Assembly (NCBI GenBank): GCA_964505425.1
Contig: CAZDHX010000005.1
Coordinates: 3,726 to 67,725, forward strand
DNA from: an uncultured Dehalococcoidales bacterium
GTDB lineage: Bacteria > Chloroflexota > Dehalococcoidia > Dehalococcoidales > BS750m-G39
Direction of reading: 5' to 3'
Length of the DNA stretch: 64,000 nucleotides
Part shown: positions 35,789 through 45,379 of the stretch, piece by piece
Layout: every line of letters begins with the position of its first letter
Numbering within the stretch: position 1 is the stretch's first letter
Made by a program: the position numbers and the translations under genes
Notes under the pieces: generated by a model
Told to the model about the DNA's origin: nothing
Database searches by the model: none
The model's input: the letters and a program-made list of their open reading frames with translations, nothing else

Positions 35789-36290
35789 TTTTGTCCCTCC
35801 TGTACCCCCCAACCCTTTGTGTCCGCATAGGTCTACCCTACTTTTGTGCCTAGAAGCCTATCAGCTTATCCTACAGGGTGTGTCGCCTAAGACCCCCCGA
35901 GTACTCAACATTCTACGCCTTGACCGACTCCGTTTCAATCCTCTTTAACTAACGCTTCTCGCCGGAGCATATCTAATTCCCGTAATAGGATTGATCCCAA
36001 TCTTGCTCCCCGTCAACTCGCAGCGACCTAGAAAGCGGCAAATCAGTCCCCTCTGGGGGCGGGCAAGCCCAGCTACTGCAAACAGAGTCATCGTAGCTCT
36101 CATCAGCTTAACCCGCAACCATCTTGGAACTGATTATATCAGATGCCAACAGCCAATCGCGAAACCGGTCACGTCGTCTAGAACCCAAGCAGCATGCCAT
36201 AGGGAATGAGACAGCATAGCTCAACAATAGTCAGTTTTGTGCAACGATAATTCAGCACATCGCATGGAGCGCTAGCTTATTACGTGCAGC

Positions 36291-39200
36291 CTAGTCTTGG
36301 CCTTCTACTACAGCTATTTCGGCCTCAGTTAATCCGTACAACTTGTAGACTATCTGGTCGATGAGCTTGTCGGTCAGTTCAATGCGCTCCAGCAGGGGCC
36401 TTAGCTTGGTTACGGATGCCTGAAACTCACCCCGGATGTTCTCCTGTGGCCCCCGGCGAGTCACATCAATGTCTTTGGCTGCCTGGATTGCCCGTCTGTT
36501 TTGCTCCAGAGCGCCAAAGAAGCCCTCCCACCCCACGTCTGTTTTCCAGTATTCCCTCACCTTAGTCTTATTTTTAAGATCCTCAACATTAACGGCAAGA
36601 TAACTCTCCAACCAAGAAAGAAATCCCTTTATCTCCACCTGCTTCTCCTTGTGAAGCCTGGTCATCTCTTCTGCTAGGTAAGCGAGCAGGTCATGGATAA
36701 CGTCTGACTGCTCCTTCTCTGTCTCTGGGGAGCTATCGGGCTTGTGGGGTAGACGCTGGCTGACGAAGGACATGAGTTGGCCCCAATCTTCACTTTTAAC
36801 GTATTCCTGATAAAGCCTTTGTTCGTCTTCCATGAGCTGCTTGCGCTCTGGCTTTGGTGTTGAAAATTTTATCTGACGAATAGGGAGTACCTCTAGTTGT
36901 GGAGCTTGGAATTGGAAATATCCGCCGCCCATTCGCAGGGCACCAAAATACTCGCAATAAATCATGTTCATGAGGGATGAGTTCAGTACTGCACCTAGGT
37001 ATCCTAGGCTATATCTACCACCATAAGCGCAGTTTGTATTCGCTGAAGCAAACTCTCTGGCAAAGTCAGTGAATCCTTCGAGACGCAGTGCCATTTTAGC
37101 AAAAATAATCTTAGGCTGTTTGTATAGTTCACGACGAGACTCCGAGACTGCACTGTTAGCAGTATCAAGATAAGGTTCTAAGTAGCGTGAACCTCTGTGG
37201 TCAAGAGGCTCGACGCCCCAGAGTGAGCAATATCTATCAATAAGGCCAGTGTTAATAAATTTTTGTTTGTGCGGTCCCGGCTTTCCGCTGATAGCAGGTG
37301 TAAACTCGTCTGATTCAGCTGCTGTGCTAGTTGCCTGAACTGTTGCTATCGCTGAAAGTGGTTGAGATTTTGCACCAACTTTCACTACCAATTCGAAGTT
37401 AGATGATAAAAGAAATCCCCACAGCAAGTCGGGTAAGGCTGTAAGATTCGCGCTCTCATGGACGGCAACCTTGCCAATCATCTTTTCGTTACTCTCAGCA
37501 GTAAAAATCTTCACCGAGTAATCACCTGCTTTTCCGCTCCCACGCTTAAAGACGGAGACAACAGGATAAACGAAGGGATCTTCAAAGACCTTTACCTGCG
37601 AACAATCATAGAGACTCACAAGTTCATGTTGCGAAACAATCATATTCCGAAATGCAACAGCATATGGAGCTGATAAGAACTTATTTGGAGTAATTAAAGC
37701 AGTCATCCTTTCCCTGGCAACCAGTGAGAGGCCTAGTTCGAAGAATAAAAGATAAATGTCGTAAGCACCAGCGGCACTGGTAAACTTAGTTTTCCAAAAA
37801 GGTTTCTCATATGGCGACAAAATTCGATTCAATTCTATTGCATTCACATACGGCGGATTCCCTACTACGGCACTAAAGCCTGGATTCGGCAGCCGCTGTC
37901 CGTTTCGGTCAAAGAACACTTCAGGGAACTCCAGCTCCCACTGAAAAAATTGTCGCTCCTCACCTATCTTCATACTACTAGCAAACCAGGGTTGCTTTTC
38001 TATCTTTGCCCACTCTGGTTCTGGAGCACGGATGTTGGTAAGGAGATTGTCGTAATCTTGAGACTCCACCTCATTCCCAAAGTAGGTGCTGGTCCAGATG
38101 TGTGCCACTTCCTTATAGCGTTTCAAAATATCACGGGCGATGCCATAAAGTTTTTCCTTCTCCTGGATATCCTGAATTTTGTCAGAGGATATGGCGGCGA
38201 TGCGGAAGTAATTGTCTACCGCCGTAGCGACATTCTGGACAAACCAAGCTTCCCACATCGTGGTGGGCTGGACTTCCGGCAGTTTCTTTCCCAAGCCCTT
38301 CATCTTAAGCTCTTTACCCGGCAAAGCACCCAGCTCTGAAATCCTGGCTCCAATCAGAGAGTTGCCACAGCGCAAATGGTGGTCTAAGAAGCTTAGTGGT
38401 TTGTCAACTGAGACAGTGGAAAGCCACAAGGACAGCTTGGCAAGATCGACCACTAAGGGATTGAGATCAACGCCGTAAATGCAGCGCTCTACTACCTCGC
38501 GGCGTGCCCATCGTATCTCGTCCTCCTCCATTTCCCTGGGGTCTTCACCTAAAGCCTCGACAAGGGCTCGTGCCAGAAAGTCCGTCGCCTCCACCAAGAA
38601 ATGCCCTGACCCCATTGCCGGGTCAAGGACTCTCATGGAAAGGATGGTATCAATCAAATTCCCATCGGAAGCCTTCGCCTCTTCAATAAGAGGCCCGACA
38701 GTATTACTGACTATGTATTTGACGATGTAGTCGGGGGTGTAATAGGAGCCGGTAGCTTTACGCTCTCCCTTGTCAGTTTCCAGATAAACAGAGCCAGCAC
38801 GATAGGTCTTAAGTGCCTTGCGATCACCCAGTTCCGTAATGGGGATGAACTTCTCCCGCTTAGCATCTTTTATTACCGCAATATCCTTAGCGGCGTAGTG
38901 AGGCTGGTGCTCAAGAAGCCCCTCGTATATGGAGCCCAGCTCCCTTACGCCCAGATCTCTATAGCTTACGAAGCCACGTCCAGTGCGTCCGGCAGCCCGT
39001 GCCCGCGCTAGTTGGTCGATAGCTGCTGCCAGGTAGGAGTCACCTATCTTCCATGCAGCAAGCTTCTGGTGTTCTTTCTGGTCATCGAAGAGCCTGCCGT
39101 TATAAGGTGGAATATGCAGGAAATCGTCGCCATTGTTGATAAGGTTGAACAGCTCCCTAAGCCGTGACCAATACATAGTAGTGGTTGGGCTAAGCTGGGA

Positions 39201-39890
39201 CTCGAATGGCTCCTTCGCAGCTATCTCGTGTGTTAAAGCCCGCAGGCTATAGGTGCCCCAGTAAGTAGGGTTAGTCACCGGCAGGAATTCTCTGGCCTCA
39301 GCATAGAGAGTAAAGAGCAAGCGACGCTCGTAATGGGCCTTACCCTTGACACACTCCAGCTCTTGATTTGGAGCTAACATTTCCGCATTTCCGGTCCGCT
39401 TATAAGATACGGTAAATTTACCGTTATCTGCCACGTTACTAATTGGAGCGCCACGCATCGGCATGATCCTAACGTTAGCATCAGCTATCTGAACATTCCC
39501 ATCTTTGATTTCGGGCTTAGGCATTTTGCGGAATTCTGAATCAATGGAGTAAATTAACGGGTCTTCCTTTATCCATTTAGCATAGGCACCCGAAACAGAG
39601 CCATGCCAATCTTCTGGAAGAGGAATAGAAGGATAGACTTGGCCCTGGCCATTAACATGAGCGATTACGAAACAATTTATCGTCTCCGAAGGAATAATAC
39701 ACCCGGAAAATCCCATACCTCCTTTGGCAGGTTTCCACCTTGTTATTTCTTTTGCATTTGGGTCTAGCCATAGTCTGTCTTCCCCCGACCAAGCTTGTTG
39801 TGCTCTTTTTAGATCGCGGATATAGGCTTCGTCAAAGGGGCTTTTCCAGAAATACGAAGTCCAGACTTGTACCGGAAGACGCATCATCAA
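36291..39890 (-). CDS. Type IIG / PglX-like gamma-class N6-adenine DNA methyltransferase (1199 aa) with an unrecognised ~185-aa N-terminal domain
   Basis: IPPYNGRLFD, TGSYYTPDYIV, DPAMGSGHFL (motif I), VVGNPPYV (motif IV) and the C-terminal IVYKLYGLTEAEIAVVE tail, typical of Eco57I/MmeI/PglX-type enzymes. No obvious PD-(D/E)XK motif at the N-terminus. Confidence 0.85.
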   Translation of the reverse strand: MMMRLPVQVWTSYFWKSPFDEAYIRDLKRAQQAWSGEDRLWLDPNAKEITRWKPAKGGMGFSGCIIPSETINCFVIAHVNGQGQVYPSIPLPEDWHGSVSGAYAKWIKEDPLIYSIDSEFRKMPKPEIKDGNVQIADANVRIMPMRGAPISNVADNGKFTVSYKRTGNAEMLAPNQELECVKGKAHYERRLLFTLYAEAREFLPVTNPTYWGTYSLRALTHEIAAKEPFESQLSPTTTMYWSRLRELFNLINNGDDFLHIPPYNGRLFDDQKEHQKLAAWKIGDSYLAAAIDQLARARAAGRTGRGFVSYRDLGVRELGSIYEGLLEHQPHYAAKDIAVIKDAKREKFIPITELGDRKALKTYRAGSVYLETDKGERKATGSYYTPDYIVKYIVSNTVGPLIEEAKASDGNLIDTILSMRVLDPAMGSGHFLVEATDFLARALVEALGEDPREMEEDEIRWARREVVERCIYGVDLNPLVVDLAKLSLWLSTVSVDKPLSFLDHHLRCGNSLIGARISELGALPGKELKMKGLGKKLPEVQPTTMWEAWFVQNVATAVDNYFRIAAISSDKIQDIQEKEKLYGIARDILKRYKEVAHIWTSTYFGNEVESQDYDNLLTNIRAPEPEWAKIEKQPWFASSMKIGEERQFFQWELEFPEVFFDRNGQRLPNPGFSAVVGNPPYVNAIELNRILSPYEKPFWKTKFTSAAGAYDIYLLFFELGLSLVARERMTALITPNKFLSAPYAVAFRNMIVSQHELVSLYDCSQVKVFEDPFVYPVVSVFKRGSGKAGDYSVKIFTAESNEKMIGKVAVHESANLTALPDLLWGFLLSSNFELVVKVGAKSQPLSAIATVQATSTAAESDEFTPAISGKPGPHKQKFINTGLIDRYCSLWGVEPLDHRGSRYLEPYLDTANSAVSESRRELYKQPKIIFAKMALRLEGFTDFAREFASANTNCAYGGRYSLGYLGAVLNSSLMNMIYCEYFGALRMGGGYFQFQAPQLEVLPIRQIKFSTPKPERKQLMEDEQRLYQEYVKSEDWGQLMSFVSQRLPHKPDSSPETEKEQSDVIHDLLAYLAEEMTRLHKEKQVEIKGFLSWLESYLAVNVEDLKNKTKVREYWKTDVGWEGFFGALEQNRRAIQAAKDIDVTRRGPQENIRGEFQASVTKLRPLLERIELTDKLIDQIVYKLYGLTEAEIAVVEGQD

Positions 39891-40021
39891 ACTCCTGTCA
39901 TACGAATTGTCATCGCAACTTCAAGCCTCTCATTTTAGTATAAGCTTATTATGTGGAAATAAAAAGATCCCGCTGCCGGGCAGAAGCCGCCGAGGAACCC
40001 CGAGGAAGCAGGATTCCAGGC

Positions 40022-40213
40022 ATGAACATGAGCAGCAATCAATTACCTCTTCCTAACAACGATCCGGCGCGGAAGAATGTTGACTATTCTGTTCCGCCAG
40101 AGCCAATATGTGACTCTGACGCCGATGCCGAACTGGCCCAGGCCGATATTGACCACCTGTGTCGGGTCTGGGCCGGGGTGGGACGGGCGATCCTTCTCAG
40201 GAGGAGCAGTTAA
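40022..40213 (+). CDS. Small acidic hypothetical protein directly upstream of the recombinase (possible accessory/directionality factor)
   Basis: Within track ORF 39953..40213, the stop TAA lies immediately 5' of the recombinase ATG (TAAGATG). No family recognised. Confidence 0.3.
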   Translation: MNMSSNQLPLPNNDPARKNVDYSVPPEPICDSDADAELAQADIDHLCRVWAGVGRAILLRRSS

Positions 40214-40214
40214 G

Positions 40215-41786
40215 ATGATTAGCAGAGAGAAGCCTACGATTGGCAAAGGTAACCGGACTGCGACCATCATCAGGGTATCGGACGAGAGCCAGGTGGAGGG
40301 ACACTCACTGGAAGCCCAACGGTTAGGAATTGAGCACTGGTGTCAGCAACGAGGATACGTTCTGTTCAAGGAATACACCGAGGCTGGGGTATCCGCCCAC
40401 ACCGACGAGATCGAGAAGCGGCCGGAACTCCTCCGGCTCCTCCAAGATGCGGAACAAGGGGAGTTCGACATCGTGGTAGTGCACACACTCGACCGATTGG
40501 CCCGGAAACTAAGCATTCAGATGCAAGCCCTATCGCGTTTAGCTAAGGCCGGCGTTGGTTTCGCGAGCGTGAACGACCCTTTTGACGCCACCACTCCTCA
40601 AGGCCGCCTGATGCTCAACCAAATGGGCTCTTACAACGAGTTCTTCTCCGAACTCTTGGGCATCCACGTCAGCAAGACCTTCCGATTCATGGCTGAGTCG
40701 GGGTTGACAGTCGGGCCGGTACCCTTCGGATATCGGCGCCAAGAAAAGCAGCTTCCGCCTGTGAAGGAGGAGCGGGAAGCGGAAGCTGTGAAAGAAGTAT
40801 TTCAACGTCGGGCGGGAAGTCAGTCCACAGGCGAAATCGCTGCCTGGCTCAATGCCCAGGGTTTTTGCACCAGAGAGGGCCATGCCTTCACAGCCCATGC
40901 GGTGAAAGATATCCTGAATAATCGCTATTACTGCGGGTATGTGAAGTACCACGGCGAAGAGTATCCCGGTAAGCACGCCGTCATCATCTCGGAAGACCTG
41001 TTCCAGCGTGTACAAGCCCGAAGGCAACGGCGGCAGCAGGTACGCTCGGTACACGGACCGAAGGGTTTACTCCAGGGGATCATAGCTTGCTGGCACTGCG
41101 GTAATCGGCTTCAGTCAGATCGCCACCGTCAGCTGGTACCCCTCTATCGGGAACGGCATGCTCACGAGTGTCCCACGAACAATTCGTCTATTGTGGCGGA
41201 GGTCATTGATAAGCAGATGGCAACGATTATCCATTCCCTGGGATTGCATCCGAAATGGAGGCAAAGGATGGCCGAGCTTGCCGCAGCAAACTATGACGGG
41301 CCAGACCCAAAAGCGCTAAAAGAGAAGCGCCGTCGCCTCGGCCGGGCTTACGCCGACGGGGCATTTACCGATGAGGAGTATCAAAGACGACTGGCGGAGA
41401 TCAATCATCATCTTGATCAGGCGTGCACCGTAACACCACCCGCTGTCGAAGCAGCTGTAGAACTCTTTACGAATATCCCCATGCTCTGGGCAGAGGCAAC
41501 TCCGGATGAGAGAAGACAGTTGGTGAACCCACTCGTCGAGCTGGTTTACGTAGATCTTGAGACAAAGCGCGTTGCCGCGTTCAAGCCGGCACCGGCATTC
41601 CGGGTGCTGTTTGGTACAGGGATAGAGGTGGCCCCAAACGCACCGGTGCTATTGCTACCCTCGGGAAGAGAAACCCGAGAGAATGTTGGAGATGGTGGAG
41701 ACGGGGGAGAGTTGAACTCCCCGTCCAAAGGAAGCTGCCCAGAATATACTACAAGCTTAGTCAGCTCTTTAATCTCACCCGGCTAG
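40215..41786 (+). CDS. Large serine recombinase whose 3' end overlaps ssrA
   Basis: IIRVSDESQ catalytic motif, FDIVVVHTLDRLAR, a recombinase domain and a Zn-ribbon (CWHCGNRL...HEC). The start is ATG 40215 (AGGAGGAG SD). The last 94 nt read antisense through the tmRNA 3' end. Confidence 0.9.
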   Translation: MISREKPTIGKGNRTATIIRVSDESQVEGHSLEAQRLGIEHWCQQRGYVLFKEYTEAGVSAHTDEIEKRPELLRLLQDAEQGEFDIVVVHTLDRLARKLSIQMQALSRLAKAGVGFASVNDPFDATTPQGRLMLNQMGSYNEFFSELLGIHVSKTFRFMAESGLTVGPVPFGYRRQEKQLPPVKEEREAEAVKEVFQRRAGSQSTGEIAAWLNAQGFCTREGHAFTAHAVKDILNNRYYCGYVKYHGEEYPGKHAVIISEDLFQRVQARRQRRQQVRSVHGPKGLLQGIIACWHCGNRLQSDRHRQLVPLYRERHAHECPTNNSSIVAEVIDKQMATIIHSLGLHPKWRQRMAELAAANYDGPDPKALKEKRRRLGRAYADGAFTDEEYQRRLAEINHHLDQACTVTPPAVEAAVELFTNIPMLWAEATPDERRQLVNPLVELVYVDLETKRVAAFKPAPAFRVLFGTGIEVAPNAPVLLLPSGRETRENVGDGGDGGELNSPSKGSCPEYTTSLVSSLISPG

Positions 41787-42046
41787 CCTCAACTGACCGA
41801 GTCTAGCCAGACCAGCCGATTCTTCTTTCACCACCCTCATCGGCGTTGGGGTGGTGGCACCTCAACTCTTCGGCACCCGGTCCCCGCCCGTTGAGGAGAG
41901 GCTTGGGTGGGCGCGCCGCCTATTTAATTAGGCTGCGTAAGCGAATTCAGGTTCGCCAGTTATTTTTACCACTTGTTTTATGAGGTTAGCGGCACCTCAG
42001 CCTGCAATCCTGTAGCCTACCTCCCCTGTCGAACCCACGCGTCCCC
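41693..42046 (-). ncRNA. ssrA: tmRNA (transfer-messenger RNA)
   Basis: Minus strand reads 5' GGGGACGCGTGGGTTCGACAGG ... GGACGGGGAGTTCAACTCTCCCCCGTCTCCACCA 3'. The acceptor stem pairs with a G3:U wobble (Ala identity), and there is a T-arm and CCA. The likely tag ORF at 41928-41957 is GGC GAA CCT GAA TTC GCT TAC GCA GCC TAA (GEPEFAYAA). Lies 16 nt downstream of smpB. Confidence 0.85.
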
Positions 42047-42062
42047 ATCTATTAAAAGTAAA

Positions 42063-42527
42063 CTACCTCCTTCTCAGCCGGCGGTTTTTCATGGCTCGCT
42101 CCATTTCCCTTTCCGTCTCCCGGCGGGTTATTGCCTCCCGCTTATCGTAGAGCCTTTTACCCCTGCCCAGCGCCACCTCAACCTTAGCCCGGCTATCTTT
42201 AATATATAACTTAACCGGCACCAAAGTAAAGCCCCGCTCCACCACCCGGCTGGTAAGCTCGTTAATCTGCTTGCGATGCAGCAAAAGCTTGCGGGGTCGG
42301 GTCGGCTGGTGGCTCATGTGGCTGCCCGCCTCGTAGCGGGCGATATGGGCGCCAACCAGCCACAATTCACCCTTCTCCGGTCTAACATAGGCATCAGACA
42401 GGCTTACCCTCCCCGCCCGGATTGACTTTATCTCGGTACCGGTAAGGGCAATGCCGGCTTCCACGCCCTCGCTCAGATTATAATTGTGGTACGCCTTACG
42501 ATTGGTAGCGACTGTCTTTATGACCAC
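42063..42527 (-). CDS. smpB: SsrA-binding protein
   Basis: NRKAYHNYNL...GTEIKSIR...LLLHRKQI is the canonical SmpB pattern. Confidence 0.95.
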   Translation of the reverse strand: MVIKTVATNRKAYHNYNLSEGVEAGIALTGTEIKSIRAGRVSLSDAYVRPEKGELWLVGAHIARYEAGSHMSHQPTRPRKLLLHRKQINELTSRVVERGFTLVPVKLYIKDSRAKVEVALGRGKRLYDKREAITRRETEREMERAMKNRRLRRR

Positions 42528-42548
42528 AGCTAAATTATAGCATATTAG

Positions 42549-42681
42549 TCACCCCATCCCCCTTTATCCCCCTTTGATAGTGAGCTAACTTAATAGGGTG
42601 TTTAAGAGAAGCACCAGCCCCTCTTTTATTTTATCTTCCCCCTCTCCAAGAATGGAGAGGGGGATACAGGGGGTGAGGTTG
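42549..42681. repeat. Composite GC-rich hairpin repeat, copy D (reverse orientation) plus an extra forward arm
   Basis: The forward arm is TCACCCCATCCCCCTTTATCCCCC (42549-42576). It is followed by GGGTGTTTAAGAGAAGCACCAGCCCCTCTT and TTCCCCCTCTCCAAGAATGGAGAGGGGGATACAGGGGGTGAGGTTG. Confidence 0.8.
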
Positions 42682-42691
42682 ATAATCTCTA

Positions 42692-42720
42692 TTGTCGCCC
42701 AAGGGCTAGTATGCTATACT
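42692..42720 (+). promoter_or_regulatory. Putative promoter of rpsB-tsf-pyrH-frr
   Basis: TTGTCG (42692-42697), 17-nt spacer, TATACT (42715-42720). Confidence 0.4.
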
Positions 42721-42757
42721 GTTAAGCTACTGATGAAAATTAGAAAGGGGTCCAAGC

Positions 42758-43578
42758 TTGCCGGAACAAGTCACCATTAAGGAGCTATTAGAAGCCGGCG
42801 CCCACTTCGGGCACCAGACCAGCCGCTGGCACCCAGCAATGAAGAAATACGTCTTCACCAAGCGTGAGGGAATCCATATTATTGACCTGGAACAGACGGC
42901 CGCCATGCTGGAAAGGGCGTGCCAGTTTGCCAAGGAGGTAGCCGCAGAGGGTGGTATTATCCTCTTTGTTGGCACCAAAAAGCAGGCTCAGGAAGCCGTA
43001 GAACAAGAGGCAACGCGCTGTGGCATGTATTATGTCAATCAACGCTGGCTGGGAGGGGTGCTGACCAATTTTGCCACCATACAGGCTCGTATTGACCAGC
43101 TAGTCCGCCTGGAAGACCAAAAATCCAGGGGGGACTTTGAGCGCCTGCCGAAAAAGGAGGCACTGAAGCTGGAGGATGGAATTTTGCGCCTCAACCGGCA
43201 GATGGGCGGCTTTAAGGAGATGACAAGCCTGCCCAACGCCCTGTTCATTATTGACCCCACCAAGGAAAAGATTGCCCTGGCTGAAGCCCAGCGCATGGGG
43301 ATACCGGTTATCGCCATCGTTGATACCAACTGCAACCCCAATGAGATAGACTACCCCATCCCCGCCAACGACGATGCCATAAAAGCCATCAGGCTGGTGT
43401 GCACTAAAATTGCCGACGCCATCATTGAAGGTAAGACCGGCGAGGCAGCAGCCCCCGCTGAGGCTGGCGAGGCAGGGAGTCTGGAAATCACCGAGACCTT
43501 TACCTTCACCCCTGACGAAGATAAAGTGCCCGCTGAAGATAAAGCCGACGAAGATAAAGACAAAGAAGGAGACGAGGG

Positions 43579-43582
<4 letters not shown>
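42758..43582 (+). CDS. rpsB: 30S ribosomal protein S2 (acidic C-terminal extension)
   Basis: [23 protein letters not shown] start. Confidence 0.95.
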
Positions 43583-44819
<1,237 letters not shown>

Positions 44820-44820
44820 C

Positions 44821-45378
44821 ATGTCCAGCTCCAGCCTACAGAACACTGAAGCCAAGATGCAAGCCTCGGTTGAGGGTTTAAAGCGGGAACTGGCTTCCAT
44901 CCGCACCGGGCACGCCACACCTGCCCTGGTAGAACACCTCAAGGTAGAATACGCCGGCGCTTTAATGCCGCTTAATCAAATCGCGGGCATCTCCGCACCT
45001 GAGGCAAGGCTCCTCGTCATCCAGCCCTGGGACCGAACCACCATACCCAATATAGAGAAGGCTATCCTCAAGTCCGAGCTGGGGCTAAACCCTGCCGTCA
45101 GCGGCAATGTAATCCGCCTCGCCCTGCCCCCCTTGAGCGTCGAGCGGCGACAGGAGCTAACCAAGGTGGTGCGCAAGAGGGTTGAGGAAAGAAAGATTAT
45201 GATACGCAACCTGAGGCGTGACGTCATGACCGAACTTAAAGGGCTGGAGAAGAAAAAGGATATATCGCAGGACGAGCAAAAGCGTGCCCTAGACCAGTTG
45301 CAGAGGCTCACCGATAAGTTCATCGCCGATACTGAGCAGATAGCCCGGGATAAAGAAGCCGAACTGATGGAGGTCTAG
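44821..45378 (+). CDS. frr: Ribosome recycling factor
   Basis: 185 aa with LKRELASIRTGHATPALVEHLKVEY, typical of RRF. Confidence 0.95.
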   Translation: MSSSSLQNTEAKMQASVEGLKRELASIRTGHATPALVEHLKVEYAGALMPLNQIAGISAPEARLLVIQPWDRTTIPNIEKAILKSELGLNPAVSGNVIRLALPPLSVERRQELTKVVRKRVEERKIMIRNLRRDVMTELKGLEKKKDISQDEQKRALDQLQRLTDKFIADTEQIARDKEAELMEV

Positions 45379-45379
45379 T

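Larger units (their letters stand above)
33275..41692. mobile_element. Accessory island abutting the 3' end of ssrA, ending in a large serine recombinase
   Basis: A mostly AT-richer block of non-housekeeping genes between a strong terminator and the tmRNA 3' end. The recombinase is convergent with and overlaps ssrA. The left boundary is uncertain, and no direct repeat of the ssrA 3' end was found. Confidence 0.45.

Noticed and set aside
36065-36110. A hammerhead-ribozyme-like CUGAUGAG motif followed by a 6-bp stem (AGCUAC...GUAGCU) on the minus strand of the long spacer
   Set aside because: The obligatory GAAA core element after stem II is absent (the sequence continues GGGC), and no stem I/III arrangement is evident.
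14985-36247. TTTGTGCA-type motifs at 14989 (dnaN end), about 17083 and about 17790 (both reverse), about 34058 and about 36236, considered as shared att cores for the serine recombinases
   Set aside because: The common core is only 8-11 nt. The reverse complement (TTGCACA) also resembles a -35 promoter element, as in the thrS promoter at 61815-61820. Only the 34.0 kb / 36.2 kb pair is reported, as a low-confidence finding.
41660-41679. The hairpin CTCGGG-N8-CCCGAG just beyond the tmRNA 3' end, as an ssrA terminator
   Set aside because: The stem is only 6 bp, and no T-tract follows it on the minus strand. It is mentioned in a finding but not called as a terminator.
41693-41730. A direct repeat of the ssrA 3' end marking the distal island boundary
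   Set aside because: I scanned by eye for TGGTGGAGACGGGG and GAGTTGAACTCCCC-type matches. Only short partial hits of 9 nt or less turned up, all inside coding genes (for example near 6824, 13657 and 29814). No convincing second att copy is in the window, so no boundary is claimed.
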